Positions 18,738 through 28,225 of a stretch of DNA of 64,000 nucleotides are shown here, piece after piece. Origin of the DNA: Candidatus Firestoneibacteriota bacterium (GTDB lineage Bacteria > Oederibacteriota > D2-FULL-39-29 > CAIOVX01); the NCBI GenBank assembly GCA_903894145.1, contig CAITPB010000195.1, forward strand, positions 3,607-67,606. Direction: 5' to 3'. How positions within the stretch are numbered: position 1 is the stretch's first letter; each line of letters begins with the position of its first letter. A program made the position numbers and the translations under genes. Under the pieces are notes generated by a model. That model was not told where the DNA came from, made no database searches, and saw nothing but the letters and a program-made list of their open reading frames with translations.

Positions 18738-20081
18738 CTAAATGCTCAGGCTTTCTGTTTCGCCTCTTGAAAGCCTCCAGTCAAATATGACTTTAGTAAC
18801 TATCAGCGCCGTGAAAAGGCTGATGATAACACCAAGGCTCAGAGTTACCGCGAAACCCCTGACTGGCCCGGTGCCGAAGACGAAAAGAATGGCCGCCGTA
18901 ATAAGCGTGGTAACATGAGAATCAAATATTGTCCAGAAGGCTTTTTTATAGCCCTGGTCAACCGCGGCCATCACTGTCTTGCCGGCTCTCAATTCTTCCC
19001 TGACCCTTTCAAATATAAGCACGTTTGAATCAACCGACATACCCATCGTCAGGATGACGCCCGCGATTCCCGGCATAGTAAAAGTCGCGCCTAGCATAGC
19101 CATCGCGCCGACAAGGTAGAGAAGGTTGCAGAGTAATCCGACGTCCGCGATAACTCCGGACTTCTTGTAGTAAACCGCCATAAGGAGCATAATCGCGACT
19201 ATGCCGATGAATCCGGCCTGCATGCCGCTTTTAATTGAGTCCTGACCGAGAGTCGGGCCCACTATGTTCTCGCTTATGATGTTCAGAGGCGCCGGCAGGC
19301 TGCCGGAACGAAGAACTATTGCCAGATTATTGGCTTCTTTAATCCCGAAGTTCCCCGAGATGACGGCTTTGCCGCTCGGTATTCTGTCGCGAACCACCGG
19401 AGCGGAATACACCTTATCGTCGAGGACTATTGCTATTTTCTTTCCGATATTGTCGCCCGTGATCTTTCCGAAAGTCTTTGCGCCCTCAGAATCAAATTCC
19501 ATACTGACGTGAATTTCGTTTCCCAGCGCGCCCATGCCCGATTCAGCCCTGGCGTTCTTTAAAGAATCACCTGTAAGCAGCGCTTCCTTCTTTAAGAGCA
19601 GAGGCGAACCGTCATGCTCCATATAGAGTATTTCGCTGTCCGCCGGTATCTTGCCTTCAAGAGCCTGCTCAAGGAGCTTCTTATCCTCAACAACCAGTTT
19701 AAACTGCAGCTGAGCTGTTTTGCCGAGTATCCGTTTGGCTTCTTCCGGGTCTTTCGCTCCCGGGAGCTGGACAACTATCCATTTGTCCCCCTCTTTCTGG
19801 ATGTATGGCTCGGCAATGCCTATCCCGTCAACCCTGTTCCTGATAATCTCTATCGCCCTGTCAATGGCATCCGACGGATTCATTCCCGGGGTAAGTTTTG
19901 ATTCGTCAAGCGTGTAAACAAGGTGAATCCCGCCCTGAAGGTCCAGACCAAGTTTAATTTTGGAGTTCTTCTGGTCCTGCTGGAAAGGCATGACGAATTC
20001 CGTACCCTTAAAGAATATTGTATAGAGTGATCCGAAGAACACTGCCAGTATCAGCAGCACCACGAAACTGTTACGATGCAT
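18738..20081 (-). CDS. secD: protein translocase subunit SecD
   Basis: 447 aa. N-terminal TM, large periplasmic domain, and a C-terminal 5-TM SecD/F core. Confidence 0.85.
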   Translation of the reverse strand: MHRNSFVVLLILAVFFGSLYTIFFKGTEFVMPFQQDQKNSKIKLGLDLQGGIHLVYTLDESKLTPGMNPSDAIDRAIEIIRNRVDGIGIAEPYIQKEGDKWIVVQLPGAKDPEEAKRILGKTAQLQFKLVVEDKKLLEQALEGKIPADSEILYMEHDGSPLLLKKEALLTGDSLKNARAESGMGALGNEIHVSMEFDSEGAKTFGKITGDNIGKKIAIVLDDKVYSAPVVRDRIPSGKAVISGNFGIKEANNLAIVLRSGSLPAPLNIISENIVGPTLGQDSIKSGMQAGFIGIVAIMLLMAVYYKKSGVIADVGLLCNLLYLVGAMAMLGATFTMPGIAGVILTMGMSVDSNVLIFERVREELRAGKTVMAAVDQGYKKAFWTIFDSHVTTLITAAILFVFGTGPVRGFAVTLSLGVIISLFTALIVTKVIFDWRLSRGETESLSI

Positions 20082-20117
20082 ATTGCCTCCATAATGCCCG
20101 GTAGCCGGGCATGTGTT

Positions 20118-20471
20118 TTACTTTGGCTGCGCGGGAAGCGCGGCAGAACCCTCTTTCTTAACGCCGACTACATAGGCCTTCGCCACTTCAACCTTAGTAT
20201 TCTCGTCTATTCTGATGACCACAATATTGTCCGCATCAGAAATACCGACTACTACGCCCCAGATTCCGCCTGAAGTGATAACCTTGTCTCCCTTTTTAAG
20301 GCTTGAAAGCATGTTAGCGTGTTCCTTCTGCTGTTTCATCTGCGGCCTGATTAAAAAGAAGTACATAATCACAAACATCGCCCCTACCATTACCAGCGGC
20401 ATGAATGACTGAAAGCCTGAACCTTGTGTTGCAGCAACCTGTCCAACAACCGTCTCCAATATCCTGATCAT
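20118..20471 (-). CDS. yajC: preprotein translocase subunit YajC
   Basis: Start moved to MIRILET (20471) behind a GGGAGG RBS. Single TM plus the YajC signature IRPQMKQQKEH...GDKVITSGGIWG. Confidence 0.8.
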   Translation of the reverse strand: MIRILETVVGQVAATQGSGFQSFMPLVMVGAMFVIMYFFLIRPQMKQQKEHANMLSSLKKGDKVITSGGIWGVVVGISDADNIVVIRIDENTKVEVAKAYVVGVKKEGSAALPAQPK

Positions 20472-20600
20472 TTTAATTCCTCCCTTGCTTGCATGAAATA
20501 TTCCGAAAATTCCTCTTTGTCCCGCCTTGCGGCCGGGTTTGTTAGACATTACGATATTTAACATCCGCTCAAAACAGAGCACTCAGGCCATTTTTAATTT

Positions 20601-21245
20601 TTAGGTCTTAAGCCTGATTATTGTCTGCGCCATGTTGCTGCTCTTAAATACTGCCGAACCTGCCACCAGCACATCTGCTCCCGCCTCACGCAAGGCAGCT
20701 GCGTTCTTCTCGTTTATTCCTCCGTCAACCTCTATCAAAGTCTTAGAGCCGCTTGCCAGAATCCTTTTCTTAAGTTCTTTAACTTTATCAATCGTGCTAA
20801 CCATAAAATCCTGGCCGCCAAAACCAGGGTTAACCGACATCAAAAGCACTAGTTCAAATTTATCAAGATAACCCGCTATTTTCTCGACAGGGGTCCCGGG
20901 ATTTATCGAAACGCCCGCGGTCTTTCCGAGTGCCCTTATAGTTTCAGCGGTCAAAGAGAGCGAATCGACAGCTTCCGCATGTATTGTAATATTATCTGCG
21001 CCGGCATCGCTGAAAGCCTTGATATGCTTCTCCGGATTTACTATCATCAGATGCACGTCTATGAAGCATTTCGTTATTGACCGGATTGCCTGAACCAGCC
21101 CCGGCCCGAAAGTGATGTTCGGTACGAATACTCCGTCCATTATATCCACATGAAGCCAGTCAGCGCCCGAGTCCTCAGCCCTGCGTATTTCCGCGGCCAG
21201 GTTAAGGTAATCCGAAGCGAGTATGGAAGGAGCTATTTTAATCAT
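20601..21245 (-). CDS. rpe: ribulose-phosphate 3-epimerase
   Basis: MIKIAPSILASD...HVDIMDG...H(L)MI motifs of Rpe. Confidence 0.9.
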   Translation of the reverse strand: MIKIAPSILASDYLNLAAEIRRAEDSGADWLHVDIMDGVFVPNITFGPGLVQAIRSITKCFIDVHLMIVNPEKHIKAFSDAGADNITIHAEAVDSLSLTAETIRALGKTAGVSINPGTPVEKIAGYLDKFELVLLMSVNPGFGGQDFMVSTIDKVKELKKRILASGSKTLIEVDGGINEKNAAALREAGADVLVAGSAVFKSSNMAQTIIRLKT

Positions 21246-22173
21246 ATTTTTCCACCCAATTCAACTCATTATTAACATATATATGCACCAAAGCCGCGCC
21301 GTTTAGCTTTATGGGCTTCTCGAGGACTGAACCGCTCCTTAAGATTTCATTGAAAATATCCCTTAACCCGTCGTTGTCCATTACGTCTATCCTTATGCGT
21401 TTTTCAATCAGTCCGCCGCGCGGAACCTTAAATTTGAGAGTCGCCTGACGATACCGGTTAACCCCTGCTTTCCCGTTCACGGTGAGCGACACCAGTGCTC
21501 CGCTTTTCACTTCCGCCCCCGGAAGAGGGCTCTGACTGGTTACGCAATCCTTTTTGGAAACAGCGTCTTCCTCGTAAGTTATTCTGGCTGTTAACAGTTT
21601 TGCGGCGTAGAGAGCCTTTCTGACAGCCGAAATCTGGCAACCTATAAGATTCGGCATAACAAATATTCTGTCGCGCTCGCCGAGGCTTACCAGCACTTCC
21701 ACAGCAGTATTTCGTTTAACATCCAGATTTGGCGGCGGGTTCTGCGCAAGCACGCAACCTTTCGGGGAGTCTTTAGAGTTTACCTGAGCCTGCAAGCTCC
21801 CCATTTTTAATCCGGATTGTGAAAGCAAAATACCTGCCTGCCGCAAATTCTGGTCCTTGAGATCCGGCACGCTTATCATTTTAAGACCGCTCGAGACGGT
21901 AACGAAAATACGGCGGCCTTTTTTCACATATTCCCCGGGAAGCGGTTCCTGCGCCGTAACAGATCCTTCCGGTAGATTCTCATCGTAAATTCTTCCCTTT
22001 TCCTCAAGGTAGAGGCCATTGGCCGAACATGTCTGTTTTGCGTTCTCAAGCATCAAGCCCTTAATCTCAGGCACCATTACCTGCTTTCCGCGGATTATGA
22101 AAATCATGGTCAGGTACCCGGTCAAAAGCACGATGCTCGTGAACACAATTACTTGTTTAATCTTATCGCTCAA
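21238..22173 (-). CDS. membrane-anchored triple-PASTA-domain protein lacking a kinase domain (PrkC extracellular-part analogue)
   Basis: Short cytoplasmic N-terminus, one TM (VIVFTSIVLLTGYLTMIFII), then three ~65-aa PASTA-like repeats (VPEIKGL..., VPDLKDQ..., MPNLIGC...) and an ~80-aa C-terminal domain. Sits between rlmN and rpe, as prkC does in Firmicutes. Confidence 0.6.
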   Translation of the reverse strand: MSDKIKQVIVFTSIVLLTGYLTMIFIIRGKQVMVPEIKGLMLENAKQTCSANGLYLEEKGRIYDENLPEGSVTAQEPLPGEYVKKGRRIFVTVSSGLKMISVPDLKDQNLRQAGILLSQSGLKMGSLQAQVNSKDSPKGCVLAQNPPPNLDVKRNTAVEVLVSLGERDRIFVMPNLIGCQISAVRKALYAAKLLTARITYEEDAVSKKDCVTSQSPLPGAEVKSGALVSLTVNGKAGVNRYRQATLKFKVPRGGLIEKRIRIDVMDNDGLRDIFNEILRSGSVLEKPIKLNGAALVHIYVNNELNWVEKYD

Positions 22174-23210
22174 ACGCCGCCTCCGGCGAGCTGGCCGCAG
22201 GCCGCGTTTATGTCTGCGCCCATTTCCCTGCGGACAGAACAGATGACGCCTTCTTTTTCCAGCGTCTCACGCCATAAATCTATCGTCTGCTGCGTGCTTG
22301 CAGAGAACTCTTTTATGTTGATGCGGTTATACGGTATAAGATTGACCTTGCAGTCGATTTTAAGGTCGCTGATGATATAGGTCAGTTCTTTGAGATCGTC
22401 ATCCCTGTCGTTTACGTTCCTGATCATAACATACTCGAAAGTTACTGGGTCTGGATTAAAAGTAAAATACTTCGCGCACGCAGTAAACAGCTTTTCGAGC
22501 CTGTACTTCTTGTTGACCGGCACAAGCATGTCCCTTACCCTGTCGTTTACCGCGTGCAGTGAAACCGACAGATTAAAACGCAGGCCATCCCGTATCATGT
22601 TCTCTATGCCCGGAACCACGCCGCAGGTTGATACGGTTATGCGGCGCGCCGAAATACCGAAGGCCTTCTTCTCTGTCAGCACACCGGCAGCTTTCTTAAA
22701 ATTGTCGTAGTTCGCAAGCGGCTCGCCCATTCCCATAAAAACAACGTTAAATTTACCACTGTATTCGCCGCTGTCCATATCAGGCATGGCGGCGAAAACC
22801 TGTCCCGTTATTTCAGCCGCAGACAGGTTCCTTTTGAAACCCATGCTCCCGGTCGCGCACATGGCGCAGCCGTAAGCGCAGCCGGCCTGCGAGGAAAGGC
22901 ATACCGTGTGCCTGTCGATGTGTTTCATGAGCACCGATTCAATAAGAACGCCGTCGGAGCATTTCAGCAGGTATTTTATGGTGTCCTTCGAAGCGGAGAC
23001 CAGCTTCTTCTCCAATGAAGGCTTTTCAATTATAAAATACTTATTCAACAATTCCCGCAGCGATAGAGGCAGATTGCTCATCACGTCAAATGACCCGGCG
23101 TGCTTGCTATAAATCCATTCCATAATTTGAGCCGCGTTGAACTTTTTGGCTGACATACCCGTCATTTCCTTCTCGAGTTCAGCCTTTGAAAGTTCAAGAA
23201 TATTCTTCAT
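22170..23210 (-). CDS. rlmN: 23S rRNA/tRNA adenine C2-methyltransferase, radical SAM
   Basis: CLSSQAGCAYGCAMCATG radical-SAM cysteine cluster and an RlmN-type C-terminal cysteine. Confidence 0.9.
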   Translation of the reverse strand: MKNILELSKAELEKEMTGMSAKKFNAAQIMEWIYSKHAGSFDVMSNLPLSLRELLNKYFIIEKPSLEKKLVSASKDTIKYLLKCSDGVLIESVLMKHIDRHTVCLSSQAGCAYGCAMCATGSMGFKRNLSAAEITGQVFAAMPDMDSGEYSGKFNVVFMGMGEPLANYDNFKKAAGVLTEKKAFGISARRITVSTCGVVPGIENMIRDGLRFNLSVSLHAVNDRVRDMLVPVNKKYRLEKLFTACAKYFTFNPDPVTFEYVMIRNVNDRDDDLKELTYIISDLKIDCKVNLIPYNRINIKEFSASTQQTIDLWRETLEKEGVICSVRREMGADINAACGQLAGGGV

Positions 23211-23255
23211 TGATTCCCCGTATTCCAGTGAATCTGAATTAATATTTGATTGCGC

Positions 23256-24830
23256 CTAATGCTTGAAGTGCCTGATGCTAGTAAAGACCATTGCGATGCC
23301 GGCTTTATCAGCCGCTTCAATTACTTCTTTGTCGCTTATTGAGCCGCCGGTCTGGATTATCGCGGAGATCCCCGCTTTCGCGGCCGCTTCCACTCCGTCC
23401 GGTTTCGGAAAAAGCGCGTCAGACACGAGGACCGCTCCCTTTGCTTTTGTTCCGGCCTGTTCGGCGGCAATTTTTACCGAACCGACGCGGTTCATCTGGC
23501 CGGCTCCCACGCCAAGCGTCACTCCGCCTTTTACTATCACGATTGCGTTTGACTTAACATGCTTGCAAACCTTCCATCCGAAAAGCATATCTTTTAGTTC
23601 TTCAACTGAAGGCGATTTTTTGGTTACCACCTTGAGGTCAGAACTGCCTATCTCTTTCAGGTCTCGTTCCTGAACAAGCAGGCCGCCGACTACTTTTCGC
23701 AGGTCATAATCGGCGTCTCTGGTTCCATTCTTACCCAACCCGTCAATTGTCAGCAGCCTGATGTTTTTCTTGAGCTCAAAAGTATCGATTGCCGCTTTTT
23801 CGAACTCCGGAGCGACGACTACTTCAATGAATTTACCCGAAAGGTAATCCGCTATCGCCTTTGTCACTTTCCTGTTTAGCGCGATTATTCCGCCGAAAGC
23901 CGACAGAGGATCAGTCTCAAAAGCTTTTTTAAACGCCTCGTCTATGTCTTTGCCGATTGCGGTTCCGCAAGGATTGGTGTGTTTGATAATCGCGCATGCC
24001 GGCTCCGCGAATTCTTTGACAAGTTCAACCGCGGCGTTCGTATCCATAATATTATTGTAGGAAAGCTCTTTGCCGTGGAGCTGTTTTGCTTTAGAAACTG
24101 AAGGCTCCTTTGAGTGCTGGTCAACATAGAAACCCGCTTTCTGGTGAGGATTTTCTCCGTACCTTAAACCTTGAGCCTTTTTGCAGGAGCAATTAAGCAT
24201 TACCGGCATCTCTTCTTTGGTCACCTGTTTACTGAAGTAATTGTAGATAGCCATGTCATACTCATAGGTCTGCTTAAAAACCTCTATCATCATACGGTCC
24301 CTGGTTTCCTGCCCGATAAAACCCTCTGTCTTTTCCAGCTCGGCGATTATTGCCGGATAAAAAGCCGCGCTTACGACCACGCAAACTCCGTGAAAGTTCT
24401 TGGCAGCCGAGCGGATCATAGAAGGCCCGCCGATGTCAATATTTTCTATGGCGTCCTCAAACTTGCAATTGGGGTTTGCAATTGTCTTCTCGAAAGGATA
24501 CAAGTTAACGATTACCATATCAATCGGGATTATTCCCTGATTTGCTATGGTATCCATATGTTCCTTGTTTGTCCTGACAGCCAGCAGGCCGCCGTGAATC
24601 TTGGGATGCAAGGTCTTCACCCTGCCGTCCAGCATTTCAGGAAAACCGGTTACTTCTGAAATATCCATAACAGGTATGCCCGCGTCTTTCAGCGTTTTCG
24701 ATGTTCCGCCTGTTGAAATTATTTCAACCTTGTGTTTTCTCAGATCCCGCGCAAGCTCAACTATGCCGGTTTTATCCGATACGCTTATCAAAGCCCTCTT
24801 GATTTTAATCAGATGCGCGTTGTGGCTCAT
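23256..24830 (-). CDS. purH: bifunctional AICAR transformylase / IMP cyclohydrolase
   Basis: 524 aa. MGS-like N-terminus ALISVSDKTGI...STGGT and an AICARFT C-terminal domain. Confidence 0.9.
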   Translation of the reverse strand: MSHNAHLIKIKRALISVSDKTGIVELARDLRKHKVEIISTGGTSKTLKDAGIPVMDISEVTGFPEMLDGRVKTLHPKIHGGLLAVRTNKEHMDTIANQGIIPIDMVIVNLYPFEKTIANPNCKFEDAIENIDIGGPSMIRSAAKNFHGVCVVVSAAFYPAIIAELEKTEGFIGQETRDRMMIEVFKQTYEYDMAIYNYFSKQVTKEEMPVMLNCSCKKAQGLRYGENPHQKAGFYVDQHSKEPSVSKAKQLHGKELSYNNIMDTNAAVELVKEFAEPACAIIKHTNPCGTAIGKDIDEAFKKAFETDPLSAFGGIIALNRKVTKAIADYLSGKFIEVVVAPEFEKAAIDTFELKKNIRLLTIDGLGKNGTRDADYDLRKVVGGLLVQERDLKEIGSSDLKVVTKKSPSVEELKDMLFGWKVCKHVKSNAIVIVKGGVTLGVGAGQMNRVGSVKIAAEQAGTKAKGAVLVSDALFPKPDGVEAAAKAGISAIIQTGGSISDKEVIEAADKAGIAMVFTSIRHFKH

Positions 24831-24864
24831 GCTCTCTCCTTTTAAATCTGCATGATTTGCGGTT

Positions 24865-25473
24865 CTACCTAACTATTACTTTTCTGCCTAAAATCTCCAG
24901 TCTTCCTTCAGAGAAGAGTTTTATGGCTTCCGGATACGCTTTATGTTCCTGTTCAAGAACTCTTTTTCCAAGAGTTTCTTCCGTGTCGCCTTCAAACACT
25001 CTCACGGAAGTTTGAATGATAATCGGGCCTGAGTCCATTTCTTCGTCAACGAAATGCACCGTGCAGCCGGAGACTTTCGCCCCATACGCGAGCACATCAC
25101 GGTGGGCATGCGCCCCCGGAAAAGACGGCAGCAGCGCAGGGTGAATATTCATGATTTTTCCCGGGTATTTTCTGACGAACCATCCCGTAACCAGCCGCAT
25201 ATAGCCTGCAAGACAGATCAACCCGCAGCCTTCTGAATCTATAAGAGCCGCGCAAGCCTTTTCGTGCTCCTCTCTGCTGCTGAAGGATTTAGAATCAAGA
25301 AACTCAGCTCTTATGCCTTTCCTTTTCGCCCGTTCAAGACCAAAGGCTTCCTTCCTGTCGCTGACCACAATCTTAACCGCTGCGTTAATACTGCCGCTCT
25401 CGCAGGCATCGATAATGCTCTGCAGGTTAGAACCGCTTCCTGAAACCAGTACGGCTATTTTTAGCATTGTCAC
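24865..25473 (-). CDS. purN: phosphoribosylglycinamide formyltransferase
   Basis: 202 aa. VLVSGSGSNLQ...NIHPALLP formyltransferase motifs. Confidence 0.85.
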   Translation of the reverse strand: MTMLKIAVLVSGSGSNLQSIIDACESGSINAAVKIVVSDRKEAFGLERAKRKGIRAEFLDSKSFSSREEHEKACAALIDSEGCGLICLAGYMRLVTGWFVRKYPGKIMNIHPALLPSFPGAHAHRDVLAYGAKVSGCTVHFVDEEMDSGPIIIQTSVRVFEGDTEETLGKRVLEQEHKAYPEAIKLFSEGRLEILGRKVIVR

Positions 25474-25504
25474 GCGCCTTCCGGTCAGAGAATGTTTTTG
25501 CCTT

Positions 25505-25538
25505 AAAAAAACGCCCGTTGAAGCACCTTCAACGGGCC
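25505..25538 (-). terminator. intrinsic terminator downstream of accA
   Basis: 10-11 bp stem gcccgttgaag / cttcaacgggc with loop cacc. Followed on the minus strand by a U7 run. Confidence 0.7.
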
Positions 25539-25588
25539 GAAAATCATAAAACCTATCGAAGTCAGCTTATTCGTCGAGGCTTGAAATT

Positions 25589-26575
25589 CTATCCTGCCTT
25601 GCCTGAGCCGGCAGATTCAGCAGTTATTTCCAGAAATTTGCCCATGTTCCTGAACTTGCCGTAACGTCTTTCCAAAAGATCATGCATTTCAAGCGGTCTA
25701 ATCTCCGCGAGATTCCTGCTGAGGGACAATCTTATTTCTGCCGCCATTTTATCGTAGTTCCTGTGAGCTCCGCCCGAGGGCTCTTTTATTATTTCATCTA
25801 TGACCCCAAGTTCAAGAAGGTCGTGAGCCGTCATTTTTATCACATCCGCAGCGTTTGAGGCTTTGCTTGAATCTTTCCACAGTATCGCCGCGCAGCCTTC
25901 CGGTGAAATCACCGAGTAAACCGCGTTCTCAAGCATAAGCACTTTGTCTCCTACCCCGATGCCTATAGCGCCGCCGCTTCCACCCTCGCCGTGCACAACA
26001 ATGATAATCTGGGTTTCCGCAGTGCTCCACTCCCTGAGGTTTTTGGCTATCGCTTCCGCCTGTCCTCTTTCTTCCGCGCCAAGGCCGGGATACGCTCCCG
26101 CCGTGTCTACAAAAGATATTACCGGCCAGCCGAACTTTGCCGCCATATTGACCAGCCGCAGCGCTTTCCGGTAGCCTTCAGGATTCGGCATTCCAAAATT
26201 CCTGTGAATGCTGTCTTTTGTGTCTTTGCCTTTCTGGGTTCCGAGCACCATCACTGTATGCCCTTCAAATATTGCCGGGCCGCCGACTATCGCCGGGTCG
26301 TCCTTAAAAAGCCTGTCGCCGGAAAGCGGAGTGAAATCTTCGAAAATTCTCGAGATATAGTCAAGCGTCCGGGGTCTCTGCATATGACGGGCCACCTGCT
26401 GTCTCTGCCAGGGGGTGAGTTTTTCATATATTTCTTTGCGCATCTTTTCCGCTTTGATCTCAAGTTTCTTGATTTCATCGGAAAAGTCTATAGCTTTGCT
26501 TTCAGTCATTTTTTTGAGCTCTTCTATTTTCTTCTCAAGCTCAATTATTGATTTGTCAAAATCGAGTCGATCCAC
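25589..26575 (-). CDS. accA: acetyl-CoA carboxylase carboxyltransferase alpha subunit
   Basis: 328 aa. LTPWQRQQVARH...FVDTAGAYPG...GEGGSGGA motifs. Confidence 0.9.
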   Translation of the reverse strand: MDRLDFDKSIIELEKKIEELKKMTESKAIDFSDEIKKLEIKAEKMRKEIYEKLTPWQRQQVARHMQRPRTLDYISRIFEDFTPLSGDRLFKDDPAIVGGPAIFEGHTVMVLGTQKGKDTKDSIHRNFGMPNPEGYRKALRLVNMAAKFGWPVISFVDTAGAYPGLGAEERGQAEAIAKNLREWSTAETQIIIVVHGEGGSGGAIGIGVGDKVLMLENAVYSVISPEGCAAILWKDSSKASNAADVIKMTAHDLLELGVIDEIIKEPSGGAHRNYDKMAAEIRLSLSRNLAEIRPLEMHDLLERRYGKFRNMGKFLEITAESAGSGKAG

Positions 26576-26615
26576 ATAACCTCCGGGATTAAAATGCCCG
26601 CTTTATTATGTTTTC

Positions 26616-27308
26616 CTAGAAATAGTTTACGTAATCGATTCGCAGGTTCCTGGTGTAATCAGACGTGCTCTTTGTCAAACCCTTGAAATCAAACTCTATC
26701 CTTATCTCAGGCGCAAACGCGTACCTGATGCCGACATTCACGCTTCTGGCGTTCTGAATAATATCGTTCACTTCTCCTATAAAAGCAAAATCCTGGCCGG
26801 GCATCCAGATTAACCCGGCGAAAACGCCAAGATTGTCGCTAAAAACAAAATTTGTAAACACATTGTGATTGTTAATGCCGCCGGAAAAAACAACATTTGG
26901 CATTATAATCTTGCTTGCCGCCACATAAATACCCATCGGAAAAGTAGTGAGGCCTATCGTCTGAGGCTCATAACCTAAAGCTATTGACGGGAATGCAATG
27001 CTTTCTTCGATTATCCTAACCTTTGCAAGGACTTTAGGCTCCCTGCCTTCGACATTACCCTGTCCTATGGCGTTCTGCAGATCAAAAGAAGCGCCAATCA
27101 TAAACACATTCGCAAAACCCACCCAGGCGCGTGTATTAAGGCCTCCTCCTTCATAAAACCTCATGTGGAAGTTGTACATTCCCCTCAGAAGCGTATTTGT
27201 TGTTGGTGTATCGACGATATCAAGATTAGGAGAGTTCTGAACGGATTCAGCGCGAACAAATGTCAGAGCCGCGCAAACCAGAACCATGGCAATCAAGCTC
27301 TTTTTCAT
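26616..27308 (-). CDS. hypothetical outer-membrane beta-barrel protein (signal peptide, C-terminal aromatic residue)
   Basis: MKKSLIAMVLVCAALTFVRA signal peptide. Alternating amphipathic beta-strands. Ends ...DYVNYF. GGGAGG RBS. Confidence 0.4.
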   Translation of the reverse strand: MKKSLIAMVLVCAALTFVRAESVQNSPNLDIVDTPTTNTLLRGMYNFHMRFYEGGGLNTRAWVGFANVFMIGASFDLQNAIGQGNVEGREPKVLAKVRIIEESIAFPSIALGYEPQTIGLTTFPMGIYVAASKIIMPNVVFSGGINNHNVFTNFVFSDNLGVFAGLIWMPGQDFAFIGEVNDIIQNARSVNVGIRYAFAPEIRIEFDFKGLTKSTSDYTRNLRIDYVNYF

Positions 27309-27444
27309 TATGCCTCCCGGTAATAGGTCTATTTTGGATGTAAATCAAGCCTGTGAATACCTTCACTATTACAATAAGTATATCAAATCAAACAGCCGGG
27401 TGTCTACCCGTTTTTTCTTTGTTTTGCTGGCTTTTTAGTGTTTT

Positions 27445-28203
27445 TTAATGTTTTGCAAGCTTGTTAATAATGCTTGATACATAGCCTGCGCCGAATCCGT
27501 TATCAATGTTAACCGTGACAACATTAGAAGCGCAGGAATTGAGCATCGCCAGCAAGGCAGATAGCCCGCCAAAACTGGCTCCGTATCCGACACTGGTGGG
27601 TACTGCAATAACCGGTTTATTCACGAGCCCTCCTACCACGCTCGGCAACGCCCCTTCCATTCCCGCTACAGCCACGATCACGTTGGCCTCACGCAGCTTT
27701 TCATAGCGTCCGAGCAGACGGTGTATTCCGGCAACGCCGACATCAAAGATTCTTTCTACCTTGCTTCCGGTTATTTCGGCGGTAACCGCCGCCTCTTCTG
27801 CCACAGGAATATCCGATGTCCCTGCTGTAACAACAACCACAAGTCCTTCGGCGCCTATTTTTACACCGCTCCTTTTGACAACTATGGTTCTTCCCTGTTC
27901 ATTATATTCAGCGTTTTTGAAATATTTCTTTACGGCCTTAAGCGTCTCCATGTCTGCCCTGGTAGCCAGACAGTAGCCGGAATTTTTCACAATTTCTTTA
28001 ATTATACCGGCCGACTGAGAGGGAGTCTTCCCTTTGCAAAATACCACTTCTGGAAAACCTGACCTTAAAGCTCTCTGGGTGTCAACATTCGCGTACCGCA
28101 AGTCTTTAGCCGGGAACCCCTCAAGTTTTTTCAAAGCAGTTTCAATCCCGGTACGGCCTGATTTTATTTCCTCGAGAAGCTTTTTAAGCTCATTTTCTTT
28201 CAT
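27445..28203 (-). CDS. larB: LarB-like (PurE-fold) nicotinic acid adenine dinucleotide carboxylase / NCAIR-mutase-related protein
   Basis: 252 aa. A ~110-aa N-terminal extension precedes a PurE-like domain (VVVVTAGTSDIPVAEEA...VAGMEGALPSVVGG...AVPTSVGYGAS). Length and architecture fit LarB rather than the 160-aa PurE. Confidence 0.55.
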   Translation of the reverse strand: MKENELKKLLEEIKSGRTGIETALKKLEGFPAKDLRYANVDTQRALRSGFPEVVFCKGKTPSQSAGIIKEIVKNSGYCLATRADMETLKAVKKYFKNAEYNEQGRTIVVKRSGVKIGAEGLVVVVTAGTSDIPVAEEAAVTAEITGSKVERIFDVGVAGIHRLLGRYEKLREANVIVAVAGMEGALPSVVGGLVNKPVIAVPTSVGYGASFGGLSALLAMLNSCASNVVTVNIDNGFGAGYVSSIINKLAKH

Positions 28204-28225
28204 CTTAACTCCCTTTGAGCGCTTA

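Noticed and set aside
25991-26551. 186-aa plus-strand ORF inside accA, and similar antisense ORFs (8074-8583, 42324-42824, 53444-53809, 61010-61462, 50000-50446)
   Set aside because: All lie entirely within well-supported minus-strand genes and translate to Ser/Pro/Arg-rich low-complexity sequence. Judged to be shadow ORFs.
27384-27410. CGGGT-gtct-ACCCG hairpin followed by a long T-rich run on the plus strand downstream of larB
   Set aside because: The U-run is on the plus strand, where no gene ends. On the larB (minus) strand the hairpin is followed only by a moderately U-rich tract. Ambiguous, so not listed as a terminator.
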